53,267 bases of DNA from a virus (lineage: Duplodnaviria; Caudoviricetes), in the IMG/VR virus record IMGVR_UViG_3300048575_000428, positions 1-53,267 of that record; one strand, given 5' to 3'. This document shows, piece by piece, positions 26,419 to 35,167 of this stretch. The notes under the pieces are model-generated. The model ran no database searches and had not been told where the DNA came from. It was given only the letters and a program-made list of their open reading frames with translations. Made by a program: the position numbers and the translations under genes. The stretch's first letter is position 1. Each line of letters opens with the position of its first letter.

Positions 26419-28464
26419 TTAGCCGCCCCTCGCCCGCCGCGCGATGGCGGCGAGGCGAGCGGCGGCGGATGTCGTTTCCGTCGGCGGCCTCAACGCCTGG
26501 GTTTCGGCGGGCGCGGACGCTTCCGGCTCGGCAGCAACAGGGCGAGACGGCTTCTCCAGCGGCCCGCTGAACAGGTCCTGTTGCCCCTTCCGCGCCCCGT
26601 GCCGGTCCTCAAGGATCTCCGTCCATTGCTGGCGGTCGATGCGGTCGATGCCGAGCCCGTTCGGGAAGGCGCCGAAGGCGAAGGCGCGGGCGTAGACGGC
26701 GAGGTCGAGACCCTCGTTGCGCTGCCCGGAGATCGGTTGCCAGATCATGTCCGACTTGCCGTTGCGACGATCGATGCGGATCAGCACCTCGGCGGTGAGC
26801 TGCCGGACATAGGCCTCGTCGACTAAGTCCTGCGCCAGGTGAATACGGCCAGGGTAGTCGTGCTTGCCCTCTTCCAGCGCCTTGAGCGCGTGGCTCAACC
26901 ACGTCTTCAGGTCGTGGGTATTGGTGAAATAGAGCGGCACCCGATAGAGCAATCGCCCCGTCGCGCTCTTGACGTCGACCCGTCGCGGCGTGCCGATGAT
27001 CGGCGCGTTACGATCGCTGGCGCCCTTGAGCGCGCGCCATTTCCGCTTCCCCCGCACGAACTTGTAGACGTCTTGCGTCCAGTGGCCACCGGAATCTATC
27101 ACACACAGATCGGGCTCGATCATCTTGCCGCCGGCGTGCGGCCAGGCCCGACCCGCCGTATCCGCTAGCTCCTGCCACGGCGCCGGCGTCGCCAAGTCGC
27201 CAGGGATGACGCCGCCGGCGATCAGCCACTGTTCCGGTGTCACCGACGTCGCCGGCGGACCGAAGCCCCAAAGCGCCCACTCGAACCGGTCATCCTGTGT
27301 ATCGACCGCGAACACCAACCGGCCGACGGTCGGCGGCACTACGTTGCGCGGGTAGTCCTCGGCCGCCTTGACGATCTTGGCCGGATCGAGATCCGATGCG
27401 TACTCCTCGTAGCTCTCGCCGAGGGTGAGATTGACGAAGCCTTTCTCCTGGTCGGGCTTACCTTCGACCTCGACATAGGTCGCGGCGATGGTGTCCCAGT
27501 CGGTCAGAAGCGACGACAGCGCGTTAATGAAATAGCTCGGCTGGCGGCCCTGGCCCGGCTTCGTCGGCTTCCACCGACCCGCCAGCACCATGGCTTCCTG
27601 CTGCCAACTGTCGATCTGCGCGCCACAGCACTGCGCCATGTAATGCGCGTTGTGCGGCGCGTGCCGCTCGAAGCGCAAGTGCTCGAAGCGGAAGTCGATT
27701 TCCGCTCCGCAGTGCGGGCACGGCATGACCCAGATGCGTTGATCGCCGGCTTCGTAGGCCCGATCGATCCGGCTCTTGCCCTTCAGCGCCGGCGTCGAGA
27801 TGACAAGTTTCTTCTGTTGGCGCAGGCGGGTGTACGAGAGCTGACGCGCGTCGAGCATCAGCATCGGATCGCCCTGCCCGTCCAGGTCGTCCGGCCAGCG
27901 ATCGACCTCGTCGGCGACGGCGAAGCGACAGACCTTCGACGATAGGTCCGTTGCCGAATTGGCGCCCGTCAGGATCAGCGGGCCGCCGGGAAACATCTTG
28001 GTCCGGGTGGTGGACCCGGTGCCGTCACGCGAGCGCTGTGGCGCGATCCTCTCGGCGATGGGCTTGCAGCCCTCGATCGCCGGCGTCAGGCGCTCCTTGA
28101 CGAAGTCGACCACCGACTGCACCGTCGGCAGGACGTACATCGCCGCGTCGGCGTCGTCGCTGTCAAACAGCGAGAACAGCCAGGCAATACCGCCCGTCGT
28201 AAAGGCCGTCTGGCTCGATTTCTTGACCGCAACCACCGTCCAGGGGGAGTCCGGCGACAGCATGTCGAACGGCTCGCGCAGGTGCGGCGTTCTGGCGAAG
28301 TCGATCAGCTTGCCCTTGTGCGGGCCGGCCGGGACGACAAAGTTCTTCTCCATCCACTCCGACGTGCGCCAGCGCTTCTTCGGCCGGATGCCGCGCGCAA
28401 ACGCCTCAAGCCAGAGTTGCCTTTCGCTCTGGAAGCTATTGGGGTCTGGTTGATGTGTCATCAT
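26419..28464 (-). CDS. Terminase large subunit (lambda gpA family)
   Basis: KSSQTAFT Walker A, AVADEVD Walker B, STP motif, CPHCG, VDTQ and DSGG nuclease motifs. Confidence 0.96.
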   Translation of the reverse strand: MMTHQPDPNSFQSERQLWLEAFARGIRPKKRWRTSEWMEKNFVVPAGPHKGKLIDFARTPHLREPFDMLSPDSPWTVVAVKKSSQTAFTTGGIAWLFSLFDSDDADAAMYVLPTVQSVVDFVKERLTPAIEGCKPIAERIAPQRSRDGTGSTTRTKMFPGGPLILTGANSATDLSSKVCRFAVADEVDRWPDDLDGQGDPMLMLDARQLSYTRLRQQKKLVISTPALKGKSRIDRAYEAGDQRIWVMPCPHCGAEIDFRFEHLRFERHAPHNAHYMAQCCGAQIDSWQQEAMVLAGRWKPTKPGQGRQPSYFINALSSLLTDWDTIAATYVEVEGKPDQEKGFVNLTLGESYEEYASDLDPAKIVKAAEDYPRNVVPPTVGRLVFAVDTQDDRFEWALWGFGPPATSVTPEQWLIAGGVIPGDLATPAPWQELADTAGRAWPHAGGKMIEPDLCVIDSGGHWTQDVYKFVRGKRKWRALKGASDRNAPIIGTPRRVDVKSATGRLLYRVPLYFTNTHDLKTWLSHALKALEEGKHDYPGRIHLAQDLVDEAYVRQLTAEVLIRIDRRNGKSDMIWQPISGQRNEGLDLAVYARAFAFGAFPNGLGIDRIDRQQWTEILEDRHGARKGQQDLFSGPLEKPSRPVAAEPEASAPAETQALRPPTETTSAAARLAAIARRARGG

Positions 28465-29056
28465 CCACCAGCGACTTGACTATCGCATCCGCTGCGTTGT
28501 TCTTGGCTTCCGCAACTTTCTTCCGCATGAATGCATCGATCGCGTCCACGCCGCCCGTCTTGGATAGCGCGTCGAGTTGCTCGGATAGGTGCAGGAACGT
28601 GTCGAACTCACGACCGCAAACCTGCCCGGCCTTTTCCGCGCCGGAGAGGATGGGAGCCTTCTCCACAACCTCGCCGCGCTCTCGCGCGAGCCGGAGGTTG
28701 AGGAGGGCTAGGCGAGCCTTTTCACTTTCCGATCGCGCGCCGTAGAACGCGTCTGCTGCCGGAGGCGTTGTTGCCTTGTCTTCCGGCGGCGGGGCGATTG
28801 CTTCGGCCAAATCCCGCTCTAGTTCGGCCGCAGCCGCTACAAGAGCCGCATCATCGATGCGCGCCCGAGAAAGCTTGAACGCCTCGAAAGCCTCGTCGGG
28901 ATTGACGAACTTCCGCCCTTCATAGGAGGCGTCGACCCGCAGGCCGGCCTCGTCGTAGACCGGAATACGGCCGACCTTGATTGCCTTCGCCACCCCCTGG
29001 CGCGTGATCCCGACCTTTCTGGCGAATTCGGCAGGCGTGATCATGAGGCGTGTCAA
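28436..29056 (-). CDS. Terminase small subunit (Nu1-like)
   Basis: N-terminal wHTH (AEFARKVGITRQGVAKAIKVGRI), coiled coil, RERGEVV; start may be 29044. Confidence 0.85.
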   Translation of the reverse strand: MTRLMITPAEFARKVGITRQGVAKAIKVGRIPVYDEAGLRVDASYEGRKFVNPDEAFEAFKLSRARIDDAALVAAAAELERDLAEAIAPPPEDKATTPPAADAFYGARSESEKARLALLNLRLARERGEVVEKAPILSGAEKAGQVCGREFDTFLHLSEQLDALSKTGGVDAIDAFMRKKVAEAKNNAADAIVKSLVDDDTSTRPQ

Positions 29057-29130
29057 CTCACCGGGTTGCCGTCAACCTCCGCAACCGTGTAAACTCTATT
29101 TTTCGGCACAAACACTAGCGTTTTTTCGGG

Positions 29131-29172
29131 CTGCGCCGGCAGCGCGGGGCGTCGTTTTTGGGGGAAGGACCC
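29131..29172 (-). other. Predicted cos site: cosQ GGGTCCT (29166-29172) and cosN 12-mer CTGCCGGCGCAG (29131-29142)
   Basis: cosQ identical to lambda; 23 nt to a dyad-symmetric 12-mer, the lambda spacing; directly upstream of terS. Confidence 0.75.
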
Positions 29173-29225
29173 GTGAAACATCGATGTTTCACAGGCGGAG
29201 CGGGCCGTGAAACACCGCGTTTCAC
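29173..29225. repeat. Two tandem inverted repeats GTGAAAC-N5/6-GTTTCAC
   Basis: 29173-29192 and 29207-29225. Confidence 0.85.
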
Positions 29226-29247
29226 ATGCCGCAGCAGGGTGCGTCGG

Positions 29248-29892
29248 TCATGCTCCGCCGCCGGCGAGGATGCGGGCCAGGCGGCGCCAGATCTGCAGAT
29301 CGAGTTCGCGAGGGCCATCCCGGTTGAAGGCGGCGGCAGTCTCCGCCTTGACGATCTCTTTCGCGGGCGACGGGCCGAACAGCCGTCGCCCCTTTCCTCT
29401 CGGATGTTCCGGCAGGATCGCCCGAAAAATCCCATCACGGCCTTCATACGACCGTTTGAAGCGGTGCGCCACGCCCCAGACGTTCGCCGAGACATTGTCG
29501 CCGAGCGGCTTCAACCCTTTGAAGCGCCCCATCTTGTCGCGCTTCTGGATCTGCCAGATCAGTTTCGGATGAAACCGCCTCGGATCGACCTTGCGTGCCC
29601 GCACCGGAAAGTCGGTGATCGGCAGGCCTTTGCCCGAGCCGTCGATGGCGTACTGCATTCGACCCGGGATATAGGACCGCGTCGCCTTCACGATGACCGC
29701 GTAGCGCTTGACGCCTGTTTGCCGCTGCAGCGCCTTCCGGACGACTGTGCGGACCTTGTCGCCAGCCGCGCGCGCGCCCTCGTGCAGCGCCCGCTCGTAG
29801 CGGGCCGGGCTCGCCAGCGTCTCCGCCGACCGCATCATGGTCAGCAGGCCCGAGCCATCGTAGCGGGCGACGATCTGGATCGCGTCAGCCAC
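29248..29892 (-). CDS. Putative lambda gpZ-like minor tail protein
   Basis: Basic 214-aa protein with RLFGPSPAKEI motif; first gene after the late promoter; GGAG RBS and GTG start. Confidence 0.55.
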   Translation of the reverse strand: MADAIQIVARYDGSGLLTMMRSAETLASPARYERALHEGARAAGDKVRTVVRKALQRQTGVKRYAVIVKATRSYIPGRMQYAIDGSGKGLPITDFPVRARKVDPRRFHPKLIWQIQKRDKMGRFKGLKPLGDNVSANVWGVAHRFKRSYEGRDGIFRAILPEHPRGKGRRLFGPSPAKEIVKAETAAAFNRDGPRELDLQIWRRLARILAGGGA

Positions 29893-29910
29893 CTGCCGCT
29901 CCAGTCACGC

Positions 29911-29940
29911 AAAAGCCCCGGCGGCTTTCGCTCCGGGGCT
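29911..29940 (-). terminator. tR'-like terminator in the late leader
   Basis: AGCCCCGG...CCGGGGCTTTT shortly after the predicted transcription start. Confidence 0.7.
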
Positions 29941-29965
29941 CGAATTTCTCTATTGGGACGCTGGG

Positions 29966-29994
29966 AATATGCGTCAAGATGCGACCGGTGTCAA
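29966..29994 (-). promoter_or_regulatory. Late promoter (pR'-like)
   Basis: TTGACA-N17-CATATT. Confidence 0.7.
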
Positions 29995-30012
29995 CTTCGG
30001 TCTTTTTGGTTG

Positions 30013-30744
30013 TCAACTCAAGGCGTTGACGTCAACCGGTCCACGACGGGTTTCCGCCATTCTTGGGACGTCCCACGGCGCGGGCGACGCGGCTGGTCCA
30101 GTGATTTGGTGCGCCTCCAGCTTTCCAGCGAGCCGATCCGCCACCCGGACAAGGCCAGCCCGCCACGCGGCATAGAGCCCGCGCATTCGAATGACGTCGT
30201 CCAGCGACCGCCGATAGGCGTCGCGGTCGGCGATCCATCGGCCGGAACTGTCGCGCGGCCGCTCGGAGAAGTCCGCGACGAAATCGTCCACCACGTCGGG
30301 CCGCTCGGCATTGCGCGCGTTGGTGATGATCAGGATAGCCGGCTCGATCGTCTCGCCCAGCACCACCACGCCATCCCGCACCAAGGCGCCATCGCTGCGC
30401 TCGCGGAGCCCGGCGGCGGCGAATTCATCCTGCCACGTCAGACGGATAGCCCCGTCCGCTCCGATCTCCATCAGCATCGCCGGCAGGGCCAGCACGGCCT
30501 CGTGCAGCGTCAGCGCGTCATCGGCGACCGCCGACGCCGACGCGACACTGCCCGGCCCGCCGCCGCGCCAGCCACCGCCATCCACCCGCACACCAAGCCC
30601 GGCGATGGTGCCGAGCGTGCCGGCCCCGATCCCAGCCGGCCCGCGCCGCCCGACGGCGGCGAAGATGGCCGCCGTCATCCGCTCGACAGCCTGATCGCGG
30701 TACGCCCACACGGCCAGCTGCTCAATATCCACGATTTCCGCCAT
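30013..30744 (-). CDS. Putative late-gene regulator or antiterminator (Q position)
   Basis: AAAGGAG RBS; last early gene, directly upstream of the promoter-terminator pair; function from synteny only. Confidence 0.5.
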   Translation of the reverse strand: MAEIVDIEQLAVWAYRDQAVERMTAAIFAAVGRRGPAGIGAGTLGTIAGLGVRVDGGGWRGGGPGSVASASAVADDALTLHEAVLALPAMLMEIGADGAIRLTWQDEFAAAGLRERSDGALVRDGVVVLGETIEPAILIITNARNAERPDVVDDFVADFSERPRDSSGRWIADRDAYRRSLDDVIRMRGLYAAWRAGLVRVADRLAGKLEAHQITGPAASPAPWDVPRMAETRRGPVDVNALS

Positions 30745-30757
30745 TTTTCGCTCCTTT

Positions 30758-31085
30758 GGGAGGATAGGGATGATGTGGGAGGATCGACACAAGCCGACCC
30801 GACGAAAACAACGCACCGCAACCCTCTGTTCTTTCTTCTCTTTTCTCTCTCATTCGGATGATAGGGAGTATAGGGAGGATGAAATCCATAGACGCGCATG
30901 AACCGACTTCACCCTTTTTCACGCCTGCCAGTCGCCACAGGAGCCCCGCTCCCCATCGCGCATATGTAGCGCGCGCGAAAAACCGTCCCTGGCGTCCCTA
31001 CACTCCCGGTGGCGGCCGAAAACGGCTGAAATCCGCCCCCTGTCCCCCGCCGCAGATATCCTCCCAGCCGTGCCATTATCCTCCC
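30758..31085. repeat. Putative replication origin with GGGAGGAT iterons
   Basis: Near-copies at 30758, 30767, 30777, 30855, 30864, 30873; inverted copies at 31058, 31078; pyrimidine tract between; next to the helicase gene. Confidence 0.65.
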
Positions 31086-31140
31086 TAGGATCCCAATCGT
31101 CGCTCGCACCCGATGGGGGAAGCCGGGGGCGCGCTTACCG

Positions 31141-33072
31141 TCATGGGTCGGGAACGAAGTAGTCCTGCCGGATCAGGACGCCGAGGTAGAAGATCGAGGA
31201 CGACTTTTGCTTCTCGAAGCCCGCGCGAGCGGCGGCATCCGGGAAGCGGCGCGAGAACGCCGTCTTGTTCAGCGGCGTCTTGACCGCCTGGTTGCACCAC
31301 ACCTCGTAGGCCTTGTAGAGGCTGGCGAAGGCCGTCTGGTGCTCCGGCTTGAGCGTCACCTCCAGCGCCTCCCGGATGAAGCGGCCGAGGTCGTCGCTGT
31401 CGGCGCGATAGTCCTCGGTCGCGGCCACCACCTCCTCCGGCGGCCTGAGCCCGCCGTTGTTCAGGTAGTCGAGCAGGCCGTCGACGAGCCAATTGAGGAT
31501 GCCGGAGCGCTCGGCCGCGAGCTTGTCGGGCAGGCGCTTGTCGCGCTCCTCCTTCGGGATGATGACCGTGAACGGCACCAGGTGGACGCGGCGCCAGATG
31601 CCGAGGTCGTCGCCGCGGATGGTCGGCTTCTTGTTGACGCTGATGAACAGCTTGAAGAGCGGCCGGACGGCGTTCGATTCCTGGTTCAGGCGGCGCAGCA
31701 GGATCGGCTCGCCGCCGGTCAGCTGCTTGATCAGGCTCTCGTCGAGCGGCAGACCGGCCTTCGGCTCGGAGGCGCGCACCATGCGGGCGCCGGGGATACC
31801 GTTCAGGTCCGGCGTCGGCTGGGCGCCCTGGCGCGGCTGGTCGTTGACCAGCGACATGACCGGCACCGTCGTCGCGTAGTCGCCGAGCAGCTCGGCGATG
31901 GCATCGGCCAGCGTCGATTTGCCGTTGGCGCCCTCGCCGTGCCAGATCCAGAAGCATTGCTCGGCGACGATGGTCGTCAGCGTCAGGCCGAGAGAGCGCT
32001 GGTTGAAGCCCCGGACGCTCTCGATCGGCATGATGCGCCGGATGAAGCCGTCGAACACGGTGGCCACGGCGTCGCGGTCATATGTGACCGGCGCCAGCTT
32101 CGTGTTCAGGTCGTCGCGCCGATGCGGGTCGAGCTGCACCCGCCACTCCCACGCCTTGCGCGGCACGTCGGGATCGGGATTGTCGGGGTCGTCGACCTCG
32201 ACCTTGCGGAAGCGCAGCGTGCCGTTGAGCACGTTGAACGCCATCTCCTCGGCGTCGAAGTCCTCGAGCGGCCGCGAGCGGTAGGGCAGCGCTTCCGAGA
32301 TCATGGCGTCGAGCTTGCCGGCGTTGCCGGACGACAGGGCGAAGCGGCGGCGCTGGCCCTTGCGCGCCTGAAACTCCTTCCGGGCGCCCTCGCCCGCCGC
32401 GATCGTCTCGTCGAGCGCGAGTTCCTCGAGCCTGAGCGCCCGCTTCAGGCGGGCCTTCTCATCCTTGCCTGTCTCGCTGTCGTCGATCTCGGCGATGCGC
32501 TGGGCAATCTCGCGACGGCGCTTCTTCGCATCCCTCATCGCATCGATCAGGAGCTTTTCCTGCGGCGTCGCCTCCATGACATACGCCTCGCGGCCGATCG
32601 CTTCGGCGACCTGATGGGCCAAGGGCCGCAACACCCGGCCGTCGACGTCCTCCGCCCAACGGCGGGCGTCGAAGACGTACCAGCCGATGCGCGGGATATG
32701 GACGATGTCGGCGCCGTTCCGGTGCAGCATCCGCCGGCCGTTGCCGATGTCGTTCGTCGGCTCGTCGATGCAGGCGCGCAGGTGCGGATCTTCCTCGAAG
32801 ACGTCCGGATGCGGCGGCGGCTCATCACCACCATGGCCGCCACCATCGGCGAACGCGGCCATATCTTCTCCGGCATCCTCCCCATCGTCTTCCGGTTCCA
32901 TCGGGGGATCGCGGGGGGCCTCACCCTTGAACGGGATCGCTTCGGCGCCCTCGACGGCGTCGGCGACGAAATCGGCGATGGACCAGGGCTTGCCGCCGGC
33001 GGCCTCGCCCCCGGTCTCGGGGCTGTTCTCGGGCTCGGGCTCCGCCCCGGGGGCCTTCGGATCGTCCGTCAT
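31141..33072 (-). CDS. P4-family/D5-like SF3 helicase
   Basis: NDIGNGRR D5_N, FNVLNGTL, GEGANGKST, IKQLTGGE, GIWRR. Confidence 0.93.
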   Translation of the reverse strand: MTDDPKAPGAEPEPENSPETGGEAAGGKPWSIADFVADAVEGAEAIPFKGEAPRDPPMEPEDDGEDAGEDMAAFADGGGHGGDEPPPHPDVFEEDPHLRACIDEPTNDIGNGRRMLHRNGADIVHIPRIGWYVFDARRWAEDVDGRVLRPLAHQVAEAIGREAYVMEATPQEKLLIDAMRDAKKRRREIAQRIAEIDDSETGKDEKARLKRALRLEELALDETIAAGEGARKEFQARKGQRRRFALSSGNAGKLDAMISEALPYRSRPLEDFDAEEMAFNVLNGTLRFRKVEVDDPDNPDPDVPRKAWEWRVQLDPHRRDDLNTKLAPVTYDRDAVATVFDGFIRRIMPIESVRGFNQRSLGLTLTTIVAEQCFWIWHGEGANGKSTLADAIAELLGDYATTVPVMSLVNDQPRQGAQPTPDLNGIPGARMVRASEPKAGLPLDESLIKQLTGGEPILLRRLNQESNAVRPLFKLFISVNKKPTIRGDDLGIWRRVHLVPFTVIIPKEERDKRLPDKLAAERSGILNWLVDGLLDYLNNGGLRPPEEVVAATEDYRADSDDLGRFIREALEVTLKPEHQTAFASLYKAYEVWCNQAVKTPLNKTAFSRRFPDAAARAGFEKQKSSSIFYLGVLIRQDYFVPDP

Positions 33073-33284
33073 GATGCGCTGTCCTTAAGGTCCGCCCCAG
33101 GCCGGCCGGGGCGATGCGCGCCGCAGTACCAGCGGCCGCGTTGATCGAGGAGCATCCGCACGCCGTAGCCGAACAGGCCGACGCCGCCGCAGATCTCGCA
33201 AGGGTGGGTGAAATGTGCCGCCGAGGCGGGCTTGTCTGGCTGAGTGGGCGCGCGGACGCCGGCGGAGATGAAGAGGTCGGTCAT
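33069..33284 (-). CDS. Small Zn-finger hypothetical protein
   Basis: CEICG...WYCGAH; ATGA overlaps on both sides. Confidence 0.7.
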   Translation of the reverse strand: MTDLFISAGVRAPTQPDKPASAAHFTHPCEICGGVGLFGYGVRMLLDQRGRWYCGAHRPGRPGADLKDSAS

Positions 33285-35167
33285 TCCGCCGCCTCCGCCA
33301 CCAGCTCGCGCCGGCCGTTGCATTCGGCGAGCAGCCGCACCATGCGCGGCGGCACGCTGTTCCCGACGAGGTGGTACTTTTCGGTCTTGGTCAGCCGGCG
33401 CGTCTTGCCGTCGATCGTGATCTGATCGGGCAGCGAGCCCGGCGCGAACCCGTGCGCCGCGGCACCCTCTTCCGGCTCCAGCATCCGGATCAGGATGTCC
33501 GTCATCACCATCTCGACGCCGCGCACGTCGACCGTCACCAGCCCATGCCGGGCCTTGGCGGTCAGCGCCGTCAGCGGATCAACGATGTCCTGATCCTGCC
33601 CGCCCTCGCTGTAGTAGCGCTGCAGGAACGCGAGGATCAGGTGTTCATGGCCACCGCCGGCGGTCTGCGTCGGCATTGGGCTATCGATCGGCTGGCCATG
33701 GGCATCGGCGCCACGCATCCGGCCGAGGGTCACGGCCGCGACACCCTGCTGGCCGCCGTTGGTCATCAGGGTCGATATCGGGTCCACTGGATCACGGGCC
33801 GGAGCGCCGGCGTGCGATCCTGCGGTGTGCTGCTGGAGAAATGCGGCGACGAGTGCCGCCTTTCCACCCCCCGCGACCTGCGTGGCTGCCGGCTCCTCAA
33901 TATCGAGCGCCCGCGGCGCCTGCCCCGCGCGCTCGCCGTAGCCGGTCGCCACGAGATGCGCGGCGACGACAATCCGATCTTCTTTCGTCGCCTGCGACCC
34001 GGCGGGGTCTTCCAGGCTTCGCGGCTCGGACTGAGCGGCACGTCCGCCGGCGCCGGCGGTGAGCGGAGCCAGCGCTGCACCGGCGACGCCGATCGGAATG
34101 GCACCGCCGGGACGTATCTCGAAGCTATTGGCCGTGACCGTCGGCATCGGATCGAACATGTCGGCACCGGTGGCCCCACCGCGAAACTTGGTGATGTGCG
34201 GCGCCACCAGCGCCAGCTCGCCGCGATGCGCCGTCGTGATGGTGCGGAACGGCTCGTCGGTCGGATGGCCGCGCCGATCGCCGCCGGAATGCGTGATCGG
34301 TACGATGAACGGTCGCTTGGCGCCGATGACGTAGCGCATGACGCCGCGCGCCGTCCGACGCTTGGTCGCGTCGGCCAGTTCCTTCGGCCGGCCGAAGATC
34401 GAGCGCATCGGAATCGACCAGTCGATGCAGGTATGCGCGCCGACCCACGGCCGGAGCTTCAATCCGCGCGCGAGGTGGCGCGGCGCGTGGGTCCGCTCGG
34501 GCCAGACGATCGGCGAGCCGTCCGCCTGGGCGACGCCGAAGAACCGCTTACGGATGGTCGGCACGCCGAAGTCGGCGCAGACCAGCACGCGACCCTCGAA
34601 GCTGTAGCCGAGGCCGGCGAGGTGATGCAGCCAGGCGCGCCAGATGCGGCCGCGATGACGCGGATCCGGCACCAGCCACTGCTCACCGACCGGCACCCGC
34701 TCGCCCTTGGCGGCGACCGTTCCGTCGAGCCGGATCACACGCCCGGTCGCCGGATCGCGCTTGGCGATCAGCGGCCCCCAGGTCTGGATTTCGGCCACGT
34801 TCTCCAGCGTGATCGTCTCCGGCCTGACCGTGCCGGCCCAGCGGCAGACGATCCAGGCGAGCGAGCGCCGCCGCTTGCTGACGGGCTTGCCGCCCTTGGC
34901 GACGCTGAAGTGCGTGCAGTCGGGCGAGGCGTGCAGGATCCTCACGCCGCGTCCCTTACAGACCTTGCGCGGATCGGCCTCGAACACGTCGCAGCGCAGG
35001 TGCGTCGTGTGCGGGTGGCGCAGCTGGTGCACCGCGACCGCGACGGGATCGTGGTTGATGGCGATGTGGACTGGAAAGCCGGCGGCCTCCAGCCCGTCGC
35101 AGCCGCCACCCATTCCGGCGAAGAGGACCACCGTCAGACGGTTGTCGAGCGCGAACGTCTGGTTCAT
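33281..35167 (-). CDS. DNA (cytosine-5) methyltransferase
   Basis: FAGMGG (I), SPDCTHFS (IV), ENV (VI), TIRKRFF (VIII), GNSVPP (X). Confidence 0.95.
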   Translation of the reverse strand: MNQTFALDNRLTVVLFAGMGGGCDGLEAAGFPVHIAINHDPVAVAVHQLRHPHTTHLRCDVFEADPRKVCKGRGVRILHASPDCTHFSVAKGGKPVSKRRRSLAWIVCRWAGTVRPETITLENVAEIQTWGPLIAKRDPATGRVIRLDGTVAAKGERVPVGEQWLVPDPRHRGRIWRAWLHHLAGLGYSFEGRVLVCADFGVPTIRKRFFGVAQADGSPIVWPERTHAPRHLARGLKLRPWVGAHTCIDWSIPMRSIFGRPKELADATKRRTARGVMRYVIGAKRPFIVPITHSGGDRRGHPTDEPFRTITTAHRGELALVAPHITKFRGGATGADMFDPMPTVTANSFEIRPGGAIPIGVAGAALAPLTAGAGGRAAQSEPRSLEDPAGSQATKEDRIVVAAHLVATGYGERAGQAPRALDIEEPAATQVAGGGKAALVAAFLQQHTAGSHAGAPARDPVDPISTLMTNGGQQGVAAVTLGRMRGADAHGQPIDSPMPTQTAGGGHEHLILAFLQRYYSEGGQDQDIVDPLTALTAKARHGLVTVDVRGVEMVMTDILIRMLEPEEGAAAHGFAPGSLPDQITIDGKTRRLTKTEKYHLVGNSVPPRMVRLLAECNGRRELVAEAAE

